Shown one piece after another: positions 35,101 to 40,818 of a DNA stretch of 64,000 bases. The position numbers and the translations under genes were made by a program. The notes under the pieces are model-generated. The model was not told where the DNA came from and made no database searches. It saw only the letters and a program-made list of their open reading frames with translations. The DNA lies in IMG/VR virus record IMGVR_UViG_3300010373_000003, positions 28,896 to 92,895 of that record, one strand, 5' to 3'. The stretch's first letter is position 1. Every line of letters starts with the position of its first letter. Source of the DNA: a virus.

Positions 35101-36731
35101 AAAACATTACTTCTGCTAAATATATGATAGCTAACGTTACTGGTGGTATAGCCAACGTTGGTACAGGTATGGCTAACGTATTAGGTGAAACTTTTGCTAG
35201 TGATTATTTTGGTAAAGATGCTTTCACTAAAGGTCAGCAAAGATACTTTAGTAATAGTCTTAGTTTCCTATCTGATATGTATAGTGATACTACTAATAAT
35301 CCTACAGTTGGTATTTCTAAACTATTTGATGTAGTTGACTTTGATGCGTTTACTGAACGTAGACCTAATGAGAAAGCTACTGAAATGGTTAAGAGAGTTA
35401 GAGATAGTTTATATTCTATGCAAAGTGGTGGTGAACATTATATGCAGAATAGTGTTCTATTTGCTATACTTAAGTCTCATAGACTATTTAAAGATACTGA
35501 TGGTCAAATGAGAGTTGGTAGTATTTCTAACTATAATTGGGAACTAGAAGTTCAAACACTTATGGGGATGCTTAATGGTAAAGAAGATTTACTTATTAGG
35601 TATAAGAGTTTTATTAAGGATGTTAAAAGTGACCTTAATGAACTACGTAAGTATGATAGTTTTACTAGAGATTTTAATGAAGAGTTTCTAAGAGATATAG
35701 GAGATAGACAACTTATTAAAGAATATATTGCTGAAAGAAGTAAAGCTCTTGCTAATTCTGAAGAAGAATTTAATAAGAATCCTTTAGCTGAAGATCAATT
35801 CGAATTAGTTGATGGGCAAACAGTTATTAAAGCTGGAAGTCTTATGGACGGTAGAATGTTTGGAGAACTTAGACAAAAGGTTATTTCTATTAATAAGAAA
35901 ATACATGGTGTATATGATAAGATAGGTGCTGCTAGTATTGAAAAAGAATGGTGGGGTGGTTTAGCTATGCAATATCATAAACATATATATCCCGGTATTA
36001 TGAAAAGATATCGTATGAAAGGTTATTATAATGAATCTCGTTCTAGTGTAGAAAAAGGTTCTTATGTTTCTCTTGCTGATTATCTTTCTACTGAGTTTAG
36101 AGGTTTAGGTAAACGTGTTAATAGTAGAGTTGAAACTGATAATGAGAATGTTGCACTTGCTTCATTCCAAGAAGTTATCAAAGCTTCAGTTGATACTGTT
36201 CTTAACCTTAAAACTAATTACCAGTTAATGCCTGTTTGGGAACAGAATAATATTAGACGTGCATTAGGTGATTTACTAGGTATAACATCTGCTTTTATGG
36301 TAGCTATATCTATTCATTTAATGACTGATGATGATGAGATTAAAGAAAGTGAATTACTATCTACTGCTTTATATATGGCAGATAGACTTAATTCAGAGTC
36401 TGCAATGTATACTCCTTGGGGATTATTTGCTGAAGCTGGAACTCTTTGGTCTTCTCCTATTGCTGCCCAGAATGGACCTAAGGATTTGTTTAAAGGTTTA
36501 GGTATTGCTACTGGTATGTTGTTTGATTCTGAATATAATCCTAACTATACTACAGGATTATATAAAGGAGAGAATAAACTTGCAGTACTACTTTATCGTA
36601 ATACTCCTATTTATAGAGTTGCTCAACGTCTAAGTACTATGACTAAGAATAACAATTACTATAAGATTAATGAGAATGCTCTTAATATTAAATTTGCTAA
36701 AAGTATTGCTAATACTATTAATCCTGACTAA
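23133..36731 (+). CDS. virion-packaged DNA-dependent RNA polymerase (crAss-type, single polypeptide)
   Basis: 4532 aa; GYRIPTEGKQS and catalytic GSDFDVDS (DxDxD at 28176-28190); DAQSYIT and RQIKNAEF double-psi-barrel-region motifs. Confidence 0.9.
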   Translation: MSCIEYGFTIQGDVDNKLARSVEYVAGADYTKATILASYFGTEDFAQYVEQETETRDYANVNANTMRRLLGSFFVSRHNSINNTINKKNADTLNGFSSAKAKTIAKDHTANLIIESYYNEINKPKADRIGKDAIIREVSKTINNHFNSKVAVPLIKRVQAENTNKAALSLIEKASAINAQIKDLNRQRTNLVAQFNQDQEEGVSTILDTSIDAIGTQLATKDSERYVIFKNIIELAGNVREKNYSTLTSQVRGNTYSWYESVFATSKLVNLVDEFNITLENDKIIERNYTDENDVSNPDSDSVDEMSKSWEDSLYGSFDRHVNAKLKVYLDRVYRLATPTPIGSNEYQFDDNNELGVPMTIGANFIIAQISNYATFNSVDDFINSVSRVSQINPALYGLSKVVNDMLADRVFANQVFQQLANPKIAKTIITIADNDINFDQSNKSADALSHLVFNFINSAKSNYRSSFSLSDKESIKDGLLNLNKVKDVNVFNNGAIIKSTDDLINGLLVKYFPKIDRSSVNNYLRNNPADSVNIYKGVLQDLSGLINSVEDIVDDYNSKWGDYLGQYRTWANKRKIANEIGESFGEPMPVFDYSSVDYNKLYPSVISLAKKLVNYTAVKNELNSINAEGNMASDLIGNNYITNFLKQIQYGTAEEADAGLNRLKDFITKSPQYKYSPFYFGTKDSRGNTLVEGLFNRDISGKVTVNPNARNMINISLFDGAKDRSNSKSTMYSGMSKGDYFLTQLVAFNTPINYVTQEGNNVPTAGFFMRTPSDAPKNFIVQAPKYNIDGLWQVVTASRNQYVADIQKELGNKFTFTNEGQYIDMSEDIITGSIKGKISNNVMTAEQIYDMFRNPIDNKTYTNLYHTYDPNTNKVLIPIIYNTEEGPLITYLEGDKVVGTVNNIAENIVIKEVYTFSNMLDGVLPYEFLIDIADTITQDGINEGRIQRSIDKNNPAFRALHAHALGEVNNFVNNLNNVFEKKAGKWVTKSNTHNLIDRAHYNGDSVVKDGVLTGNFFNFIRLFETQGYKANEEIKNAFFLYGGDTANGIDPLLVKNKKGDLTLNINRKDLIAINNNHIELSISDNNLEVIDSVVENWLNNYYNEVLDKTSQFNTIIEDRYSNNDIVDYAVNNAIMEMNFDDVFEGDSKFYKGPQDFLKRAKEVQAAGKAYTGFNINEAIGGPVHPIKDASGGEIPIMVNGVEVAKARNGFKGVTIYNTVRPSQSAGQIKQELVGILTPSVGKTEANRIATEISQGYFDSTKVNDAQSYITLDEFIARRHADGTLNDYQDLLAQLTDDKISVGDMNLKGINARIQVQKNFYFDKQFDDNTGTFYPRQIKNAEFVLIPKLIKGTDLETLYNIMKANGVDQVNTVEASKAAKKNILTFWDNQGVANAEAFDASLKADNNIAIEDYYYQYLYKQQDVADHMVNEKNKAGIQIMKKIIDNANAEVQGDIDNFFNSYVANIKDDFNMLLNRMGWRVENGSLVDSSGKTNADGKNVLQFEDFYKKARVEAQRLGMDSNFIEYLTPDQFGSPVMPNYMNNVSSKLESIAQSIFNNGVTRQTLPGWHAAQVTSVGHGVPSLGEDGVWRTLKYHPQVTREDGTVVQEAYAEVMLPRWSTLIPKDYDISKLESEGIDIHLGYRIPTEGKQSISNLKVVAFLDEVYGSTIMVPDEWVTQTGSDFDVDSVYGISHEIYKDREGTIKKVQFDNSTEVKDVERRYVNYINGAIEHRVDKDIIPDEFITDKVNEARDQIKDLDIVRKESKYLGELISNHGSIYRQLPTEVQDQVKSINRRFRTGNIYDRYNALAATFEVLSSQETGELKDVYEEFGSYSEAIANAYEYIKSIDTDSIPKFNKSEVIKGIFENARIEYLNKVKKAAKASNLVTYEEFANWSIEDQNSRKARNNRILDSMINVMNNSNSREENYSRSNFDDLSNAMKKMNALRGASSIVRSAYNPLDQVDFMENAMSGATLKAFSVTRDTFNSVNNYTKSKLGEGHEIKVEYDLNQYDIKHLNSAYNGVQLDKSRNVAIVMHNSLANSNNNRNVVGKILTVYSSQTTAHILDAVKEGTIFNENDYTFGTFKTLIDVGIDYETAIGFLMQPGITKIVDAYFQSKSIYINSTSNPINVAIKSIATDLGITIGGRAIDDYTPVKSVVQRLSTYPRLQMAYRQLFAANLGYNNTIDVQSQNLNGLMLQNRLKGVEITNTLTLTLDQQQYQNAAFDLAMIANFDKYRKTTRNIEALARVSNPDRFGAKQTIRGTRVTLNNIAKYATDPNDIVGETIMVGNKNIIQSLYPGFNTREGIDITNSSYPYLAAFLKFATQPSVEANSQLFPTESNSYNAITDTVQARMGINFTDEQYKEYKQYMISNVYAGVPFLTSPLTLNEYGLITLDNVAIEAEVNLNNQYWDVERSRIFGYDVTQSGNITIKDINNPNEEEVFNFNQLTPAQKVIWIQRNFNEGRGVFDFLDVNTFNQYEFKNKGFSSQSIKYSDQIDDIEEVYVAFRDSFFNKNPLVRLATIDLIKYSFVAEGFKFKRGSISKIITNDTLYSNLEDKGINLIEAIQQQFMIYNNPLEATTQKFIDKFIRSHSELVKEVSIPKGKTDKQGNENIGRKFNRQIQGENIVFIPFAESTKELLEHLNIIEDSPKGYVRIGRYINDTQRRTTLYKVTNTRQGVYLTPLNILERNETSEYSVNAKNNLYKATEYYDAIINLSVDNGVPVNELLKDGKTVEQLNILKDQFTITPHKSKHIIESVENTNEVIRVMQYGTNIEQAETAKFVSDIVDYITSPVEEAGNYGVIKNDNGFINSLIPHGVSVIQNIPNGEDIITVKITKHTKKNGLSKQFEYVLKGDKRGDLAKVKPEERKALQNSIDAKSIRPTLYKIERVTSEQERENYEELRKQVEDQAASQMNAVTNLIEDFDVDVVFNYTETDKVAKDIFNELNKRALSNDDKRAVKFKKAMDIAGIDRTSANSIHDNKRNIYTSAAKYYTERSHELLSNIESFTGINGEQYSIDNPDLYKHLTEYPEDYPLLLKLILDAKTFGDQFYDIFNLNLVGEDESTSKAIEKTRAAINNVRTSSKLKNAVNLMFNDYIANNYSTNSLVRHGIIELKTQFGDTDWFDSIFSDVGELNHKQVQSVVKYVNTVINEATKVIAPKSINTFNKQYETIEKSTGPFDINNIITKQGKFVTPYTEQFLEDREKIVSDVKVAKDTYGIDSIQYVKAKLARDEWRAKNVHQDIISTYYNENNALLRNVINQAPDEYIEYMRLIHELYGDQRSPSLLTKEEKDYRKELNTKIRNITSDFNQSGELKSDKQRFQAARLKNYINAKKLLNEEYFDYNETDGFKDTVEYYTNIIKQYEKKHPLETLDQKLNNSNYAEAYEWIKGNTIYTLDAATQKIISDSFAALKSKDNTSSFEVKKILKDSDAYDRYGNIDARKLSTEQLTKIKQLTEHKFSWTYESNAGEAILIKDVPSDLPVLSDKFYRMLRGSSENDSGVNVERIAVIGKINALLGRAVDRNTGQINSKDLFDKLTEDELNDLGSYYRRLHNIKGDRNNKELAEKFKANVDFKVNDAAFNREWAYAQSNLKNTKHYDTWLNIFIQTNKDGEYVTDEQGKFVANNDIFGYIEPKDKTYIDAERTAARQVLENDIEYVPTEYYYAALKEASNNGTFNEWYNANHVFNPYSHRMEPLKVWTEMQVNPNGNLNGTYSYAPTYENTERTVKDDFINPNHKQYSTNYNTDSGDYNNLSKLSTKERDMLDLLQSTINAHASTHSMRMFAEQGYLPRRARHTPDAKWYVGQALGSMGLEFRNTGEQQWTDKIDYTNDFDTDFDMMSLIKQKGYKERIKIDSKGTRESDEDYAKRVEDIRKENKLIDEANLKLDNEILDNDWKSVFNDFINKSTEYNAKQRAKNTVYLLLEDLKDSPAFKESAWGRNLKRDGARSTNEQDSYQTVGQTNTHKTVENWARRILFDQFKKGSPYSKYADLAQNITSAKYMIANVTGGIANVGTGMANVLGETFASDYFGKDAFTKGQQRYFSNSLSFLSDMYSDTTNNPTVGISKLFDVVDFDAFTERRPNEKATEMVKRVRDSLYSMQSGGEHYMQNSVLFAILKSHRLFKDTDGQMRVGSISNYNWELEVQTLMGMLNGKEDLLIRYKSFIKDVKSDLNELRKYDSFTRDFNEEFLRDIGDRQLIKEYIAERSKALANSEEEFNKNPLAEDQFELVDGQTVIKAGSLMDGRMFGELRQKVISINKKIHGVYDKIGAASIEKEWWGGLAMQYHKHIYPGIMKRYRMKGYYNESRSSVEKGSYVSLADYLSTEFRGLGKRVNSRVETDNENVALASFQEVIKASVDTVLNLKTNYQLMPVWEQNNIRRALGDLLGITSAFMVAISIHLMTDDDEIKESELLSTALYMADRLNSESAMYTPWGLFAEAGTLWSSPIAAQNGPKDLFKGLGIATGMLFDSEYNPNYTTGLYKGENKLAVLLYRNTPIYRVAQRLSTMTKNNNYYKINENALNIKFAKSIANTINPD
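26251..26265 (+). repeat. dispersed motif copy 5 (TCCTCTACGGGGGAG)
   Basis: Exact core; encodes FLYGG in the RNAP. Confidence 0.95.
31498..31513 (-). repeat. dispersed motif copy 6 (TCCTCTACAGGGGAAG, 1 core mismatch)
   Basis: Encodes SPVEE in the RNAP. Confidence 0.8.
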
Positions 36732-36750
36732 GTAGTAGTTCCTGTTAATA

Positions 36751-36796
36751 AAAAAAGGCCAACTAACTAGATTTTACTCTAGTCGGTTGGCCTTTT
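36751..36796. terminator. bidirectional terminator at the convergence of the late and replication modules
   Basis: AAAAAAGGCCAACTAACTAGA...TCTAGTCGGTTGGCCTTTT; A run on the left, T run on the right. Confidence 0.9.
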
Positions 36797-36894
36797 CTTG
36801 TTTATGGTGGTTATAGTATTGGTTGGAATGCTGATCTATGGTCAAGCCATAGTATTCGATTTAATAGCTGTTTCCAGCTTCACAATACATTTTA

Positions 36895-37296
36895 TTATGA
36901 TTTAGGTGTATTACGTTCAGATCGAGGTTTATTCGGGTAGGCACGCTTATGTGGCTTCGGCTTACTAGAACTAATAATACTCATAGTCTTAGCACTATAA
37001 ACTTCAATACCTTTAGCAATAGTATCTAACATATCTTTAATAGATGTTTGTTTAGAATCAATAATAACAGTTTTAGAAGATATCTCCTTAAAGTTATTCA
37101 TAATAACTTCATCACTTGTAGCAACAGTAGTATTCAACTTTTTAATAGCATCAACAACACTTTCAACACAGTCTAAAATTCTAGACTGCTTCTTCTTTAA
37201 GTGTAAGAATAACATCACGATAACTAGTAACATGATGGTCACAATGAAGACTCCTAGAGCCATCATTATATTTATATTGGTTTCAATCATAAGCAT
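36895..37296 (-). CDS. membrane-anchored coiled-coil protein
   Basis: One N-terminal TM helix, coiled coil, basic C-terminus. Confidence 0.55.
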   Translation of the reverse strand: MLMIETNINIMMALGVFIVTIMLLVIVMLFLHLKKKQSRILDCVESVVDAIKKLNTTVATSDEVIMNNFKEISSKTVIIDSKQTSIKDMLDTIAKGIEVYSAKTMSIISSSKPKPHKRAYPNKPRSERNTPKS

Positions 37297-37317
37297 AATA
37301 AGGTATTAGCAATGTGT

Positions 37318-37412
37318 CTTCCTCTACGGGGGAGGTACAGCTCTCTATTACTAGAGGTTCAATCAAGACGGTTAAGACGATTAAGATCATATAACCTTGC
37401 CCGTAGAGGAAG
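37318..37412. repeat. inverted pair of dispersed motif copies 7 and 8, intergenic
   Basis: CTTCCTCTACGGGGGAGGT (37318-36) and ACCTTGCCCGTAGAGGAAG (37394-412): 19-bp inverted repeats with 2 mismatches. Confidence 0.95.
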
Positions 37413-37436
37413 TACTCATATAATATCAATAACTAT

Positions 37437-37598
37437 TTACTTAAACTTCTCTATAAGATACAGCTTATATAACTCTAAAGTAGTAAGATGTCCTTTTGTA
37501 TGAACATACCATTTACCTAGTTTAGAGTCATAACTAAACCAACTATCTTTAGTAAGTTTATCACCAATCCATTGAGCAAAGCCTATAGTATTAGTCAT
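37437..37598 (-). CDS. small hypothetical protein
   Basis: Start MTNTIGFAQW overlaps the stop of the upstream gene (translational coupling). Confidence 0.55.
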   Translation of the reverse strand: MTNTIGFAQWIGDKLTKDSWFSYDSKLGKWYVHTKGHLTTLELYKLYLIEKFK

Positions 37599-38067
37599 TA
37601 TTAGATTTAGCTTTAAGACCATTCTTAGCCCATTGTAGAACAAAACCAAGATGACCCCAAATCTTATTAGTAATATCTCTACGAGCTATTTCATTACCAA
37701 TTTCTTGATCATAATTAGCAGGATCTACACAAGCAGATGTACCTAATGTATCAAAACCTGTAATAGTAGTATCTAGGACAACAGTAGTTTTCTCACCAAG
37801 TTTAGTACTTGTACCTTGAACTATAAACGATTCAACATCGCTAAAAGAAATCTTAGTACTATCTTCAATAGCTAGATAGTTATTATCAAATCTATCTTTA
37901 GTAGCCCACTCTTTGTAGTTACCATAATCAACTAGATAACCTTCGTCATCAGCTTCTTCACCAAGATCACTAAGATCAGCTTTAAAATAACCAGACTCAA
38001 TAGCTTCTTTTCTAATCATAGGTTCAGCAGAAACAAGCTCTACACCTATATAATGTTTTTTATTCAT
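37591..38067 (-). CDS. two-domain protein with C-terminal N4 Gp49/Sf6 gp66-family (Acb4-like sponge) domain
   Basis: GTSACVDPANYDQEIGNEIA..IWGHLGFVLQW; the N-terminal YIG..V.AEPM..GY.V.Y..W..KD.F domain is commonly fused to DUF2829 proteins. Confidence 0.65.
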   Translation of the reverse strand: MNKKHYIGVELVSAEPMIRKEAIESGYFKADLSDLGEEADDEGYLVDYGNYKEWATKDRFDNNYLAIEDSTKISFSDVESFIVQGTSTKLGEKTTVVLDTTITGFDTLGTSACVDPANYDQEIGNEIARRDITNKIWGHLGFVLQWAKNGLKAKSNND

Positions 38068-38317
38068 TAGGATTTTTATAATTAAGTTTACATATTACTA
38101 TATTAACATTCTTACCAACAGGTTCGGTAGAACTAAATAGAGTAGGATTAACACCAGTAATATAATGATGACCAGGTTCCCAACCTTTATGATTAGCTCC
38201 TTCAGGAGAATCATAGGATCCTTCACTATAATCATGAATAACCTCTCCACACATAACACATTTTTGTGTTTTAGTATTAGGATTATAAGCAGCTAGATAA
38301 TGTTTAATAACTCTCAT
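38060..38317 (-). CDS. small Zn-binding hypothetical protein
   Basis: H..QKCVMCG..C motif; ATG start at 38317. Confidence 0.55.
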   Translation of the reverse strand: MRVIKHYLAAYNPNTKTQKCVMCGEVIHDYSEGSYDSPEGANHKGWEPGHHYITGVNPTLFSSTEPVGKNVNIVICKLNYKNPNE

Positions 38318-38318
38318 A

Positions 38319-38711
38319 TTATGTATAGTCTTCAATAATTTCCCTGCTACCAATCATACAAACTCCCCATTTAGGAGGAATTTCTCCTAGTACAGAAATA
38401 GCACCATTAAAATAAATCAATTGATACTTATAATAAGTCTTAGATTTATATTTAATATTATTAGTAATACAAAAGCTTTTAAAAGCTTCTTCAACTTTAA
38501 GTTGTTTAATTTTAGCTTCTTCTAGTTTAGCTTTTTCATCTATAAGTTCAGCCCATTCAAATAATGGAGTACCTATAAGTTTACCTATAGATTCATCAGG
38601 TATTTTAACAGTTTCATCTATAGCTAAAGAATTATGATCTATAAGCCATCTATTACCATGTTTAGTACGAGCAATACCTCTTCTTTTAGTATATTTTATT
38701 TCAGTACTCAT
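38319..38711 (-). CDS. hypothetical protein
   Basis: 130-aa ORF tightly packed in the operon. Confidence 0.6.
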   Translation of the reverse strand: MSTEIKYTKRRGIARTKHGNRWLIDHNSLAIDETVKIPDESIGKLIGTPLFEWAELIDEKAKLEEAKIKQLKVEEAFKSFCITNNIKYKSKTYYKYQLIYFNGAISVLGEIPPKWGVCMIGSREIIEDYT

Positions 38712-38714
38712 AAC

Positions 38715-39977
38715 TTAAGATTTAAAAGTTTCTTCAATAAGATGACGACGTTGTATAAAACCACGATAGTTTCTACACCAACCTAATTCTATAACATCTT
38801 TTATCTCTTCAATAGTTCCTTGTACAACAACATCAGGTCTTTTTCCTTTGGATGTACTAACATATTCTTTATCATCCATAGCACGAGAACAATGTTCCAT
38901 AGGAGAACTATGAGGAGGTTGTTGAATAAGAAGTTTATCATCAAGAGTATATAAATCTCCCCATTTAACTTCTTTCTCATCACCAACTATAGTATAAGAA
39001 GTTCTAGCTCCCATAGCAGTAGAAATCTTAATCTTATCTCTAAGCCATTGTATCCCAGTACTTCTGTTACCAGAATTAACATCTGATAATATAGAGATAA
39101 TTTTATTATCAAAAGGAATATGCCATTCACCAGCTTTAAGTTGTTTAGGAATACTTTCATTAACAGTATCATAAATAAGTTCAGCAAGATACATCATATG
39201 TATTTCAGCTTGACCTGTATTTTGTTTAAGTCTATCTAAAACAGAAAACTCATTAAGCCATTTAGCTCCTGCAATACGATCAACATGTTCAGGATTAGAT
39301 GAAGTAATTTCTTCATTATGTTTAATAACATCTTTCCAAGACTTAAATCTCATATCTACAGAAGCAGCTCTAGGAAGAATATATTGAGGACAACGAAGAT
39401 TAAAGAAGTTATCCCAACCTCCTTCAAGACTACCAGTAATAAGCATAGTAGTCCACATAAAGGTTTCAAGTAGTCTATTACATAACTGTTTAGTAACATT
39501 AAGTACATAAAGAATGGTAGCACATTCTACAGCTTTATCTCTAGCAAATAACCACCAATCAATAAGAGACTTAACCTTATTTTTATAATCAACAAGGATA
39601 GTTTCAACAAGTTCAACTCTTTCTTTTATTTTAGCTTCAAGTAAAACATATTCTTTAGAATCTTTAGGATAAGTATTTAAAGTATCATAAAGAATAACTA
39701 TAAATTCATCAAGAGTAACTTTCTTATCAGGATTAAGATATTCACTACCTTGCATACCAGAATGATCTTTCTGCCAAGCAATAGGAATAAAAGGATTATC
39801 TTTAACAGATTGAACCATTTTCTTAAATGGTATAGCACGACTGCTAGAAGTATTCTTACTTAGCATTCTATGAGTATTAACTTCTGCAAGTATAATACGA
39901 GGAAATGTACATAGTATAGAAATAAGTCTATCTCCTTGTGGAGAAAGACTATCAGCAACAATTTCAGCTTTAAACAT
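38715..39977 (-). CDS. thyX: flavin-dependent thymidylate synthase (ThyX/Thy1)
   Basis: FPRIILAEVNTHRMLSKNTSSSRAIP, KQLCNRLLE, WDNFFNLRC, AEIH, HSSPMEH. Confidence 0.85.
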   Translation of the reverse strand: MFKAEIVADSLSPQGDRLISILCTFPRIILAEVNTHRMLSKNTSSSRAIPFKKMVQSVKDNPFIPIAWQKDHSGMQGSEYLNPDKKVTLDEFIVILYDTLNTYPKDSKEYVLLEAKIKERVELVETILVDYKNKVKSLIDWWLFARDKAVECATILYVLNVTKQLCNRLLETFMWTTMLITGSLEGGWDNFFNLRCPQYILPRAASVDMRFKSWKDVIKHNEEITSSNPEHVDRIAGAKWLNEFSVLDRLKQNTGQAEIHMMYLAELIYDTVNESIPKQLKAGEWHIPFDNKIISILSDVNSGNRSTGIQWLRDKIKISTAMGARTSYTIVGDEKEVKWGDLYTLDDKLLIQQPPHSSPMEHCSRAMDDKEYVSTSKGKRPDVVVQGTIEEIKDVIELGWCRNYRGFIQRRHLIEETFKS

Positions 39978-40116
39978 TATCAAAGTTTAATTTCTTAATT
40001 AATTCAATTATTTTAGCAGCAGCAACTTCAGCAGCAGTATTTTGATTATTAGAATTACAAATAGATACTGTTTCGTTTAGTACACTAATAGCGTTTATTA
40101 TAGTTTGATTTTCCAT
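39970..40116 (-). CDS. 48-aa helical hypothetical protein (not in ORF track)
   Basis: MENQTIINAISVLNETVSICNSNNQNTAAEVAAAKIIELIKKLNFDNV; fills the gap and its stop overlaps the thyX start. Confidence 0.55.
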   Translation of the reverse strand: MENQTIINAISVLNETVSICNSNNQNTAAEVAAAKIIELIKKLNFDNV

Positions 40117-40125
40117 GATATAATA

Positions 40126-40335
40126 TTATATTCTTTCTACTTTATAAACTCCTTTAATTTCATCTTCAAAATAGTTGCCAGGAGAAGCACTATCTAATAG
40201 TTTTTCTAATACTTCTCTAGGAACACCTAAATATTTATATTGAGCTCCTCTATTAAAAGTTAAATATAAAGTATTATCTTCCCAACCCGCATAACTAATA
40301 CGAGTTGAGTTAACAGGATGCATTGGAACTGGCAT
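40126..40335 (-). CDS. KTSC domain protein
   Basis: V.STRISYAGW..TLYLTF..G..Y.Y.GVP...LL.SASPGNYF..IKG.Y. Confidence 0.85.
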   Translation of the reverse strand: MPVPMHPVNSTRISYAGWEDNTLYLTFNRGAQYKYLGVPREVLEKLLDSASPGNYFEDEIKGVYKVERI

Positions 40336-40338
40336 AAC

Positions 40339-40605
40339 TTATAATTCAATAGTTGCAATTTCCCAATCTTCAGCAAAAATATCATTAATGCTAGGAACCC
40401 AAGTACTAACAGTATCATTAACATTTTTAATAGCTAAATACTCATTATAATTAACATACTCACCAAATACCATTTTAGCAAGTTCTGTCATAGAAGGATA
40501 TGTAGCAGCAGGAACATAATATACAAACATCCCTTTTCCATTCCAACCTTTTCTGCAAATAGGTTTACCTTCTTTAGCAGCTTTTGTAGCTTCTCCAAAA
40601 TTCAT
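40339..40605 (-). CDS. tad2: DUF2829 / Tad2-family nucleotide-signal sponge
   Basis: MNFGEA..A.KEGK...RKGWNGKGMFV ... WVPS.NDIFAEDW, the DUF2829 signature. Confidence 0.8.
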   Translation of the reverse strand: MNFGEATKAAKEGKPICRKGWNGKGMFVYYVPAATYPSMTELAKMVFGEYVNYNEYLAIKNVNDTVSTWVPSINDIFAEDWEIATIEL

Positions 40606-40611
40606 AATAAC

Positions 40612-40818
40612 TTATATTTTATGGTTACGTTCAAGATCTAAATTACAATAAAGCCAAGCTTCCTCTAATTTAGAATTAACAATAGCTCTTTCACGAGCTT
40701 TAGGTAAAGTAGCAACTTTAGACATTAATACTGCAATATCAGCAGCAATACTGTACATAACATCAGCGTTATCTATTTGTTCTTTAGTAGCAAGAGGTTT
40801 ATTTACTTGTTCGCTCAT
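40612..40818 (-). CDS. Acb2/Tad1-like helical hairpin protein
   Basis: RERAIVNSKLEEAWLY resembles the RE.s.A.TKLEEA.MW hallmark; 68 aa; adjacent to Tad2. Confidence 0.55.
   Translation of the reverse strand: MSEQVNKPLATKEQIDNADVMYSIAADIAVLMSKVATLPKARERAIVNSKLEEAWLYCNLDLERNHKI

Noticed and set aside
23133-36731. Stop-codon reassignment (TAG/TGA recoding known in some Crassvirales)
   Set aside because: 13.6-kb and 6.3-kb genes are fully open in the standard code, and TAG ends genes at 12601 and 23002 with no meaningful read-through.
37318-37412. MITE/IS remnant or CRISPR mini-array
   Set aside because: No target-site duplication or transposase; repeats are inverted rather than direct; the same motif occurs singly inside intact genes.
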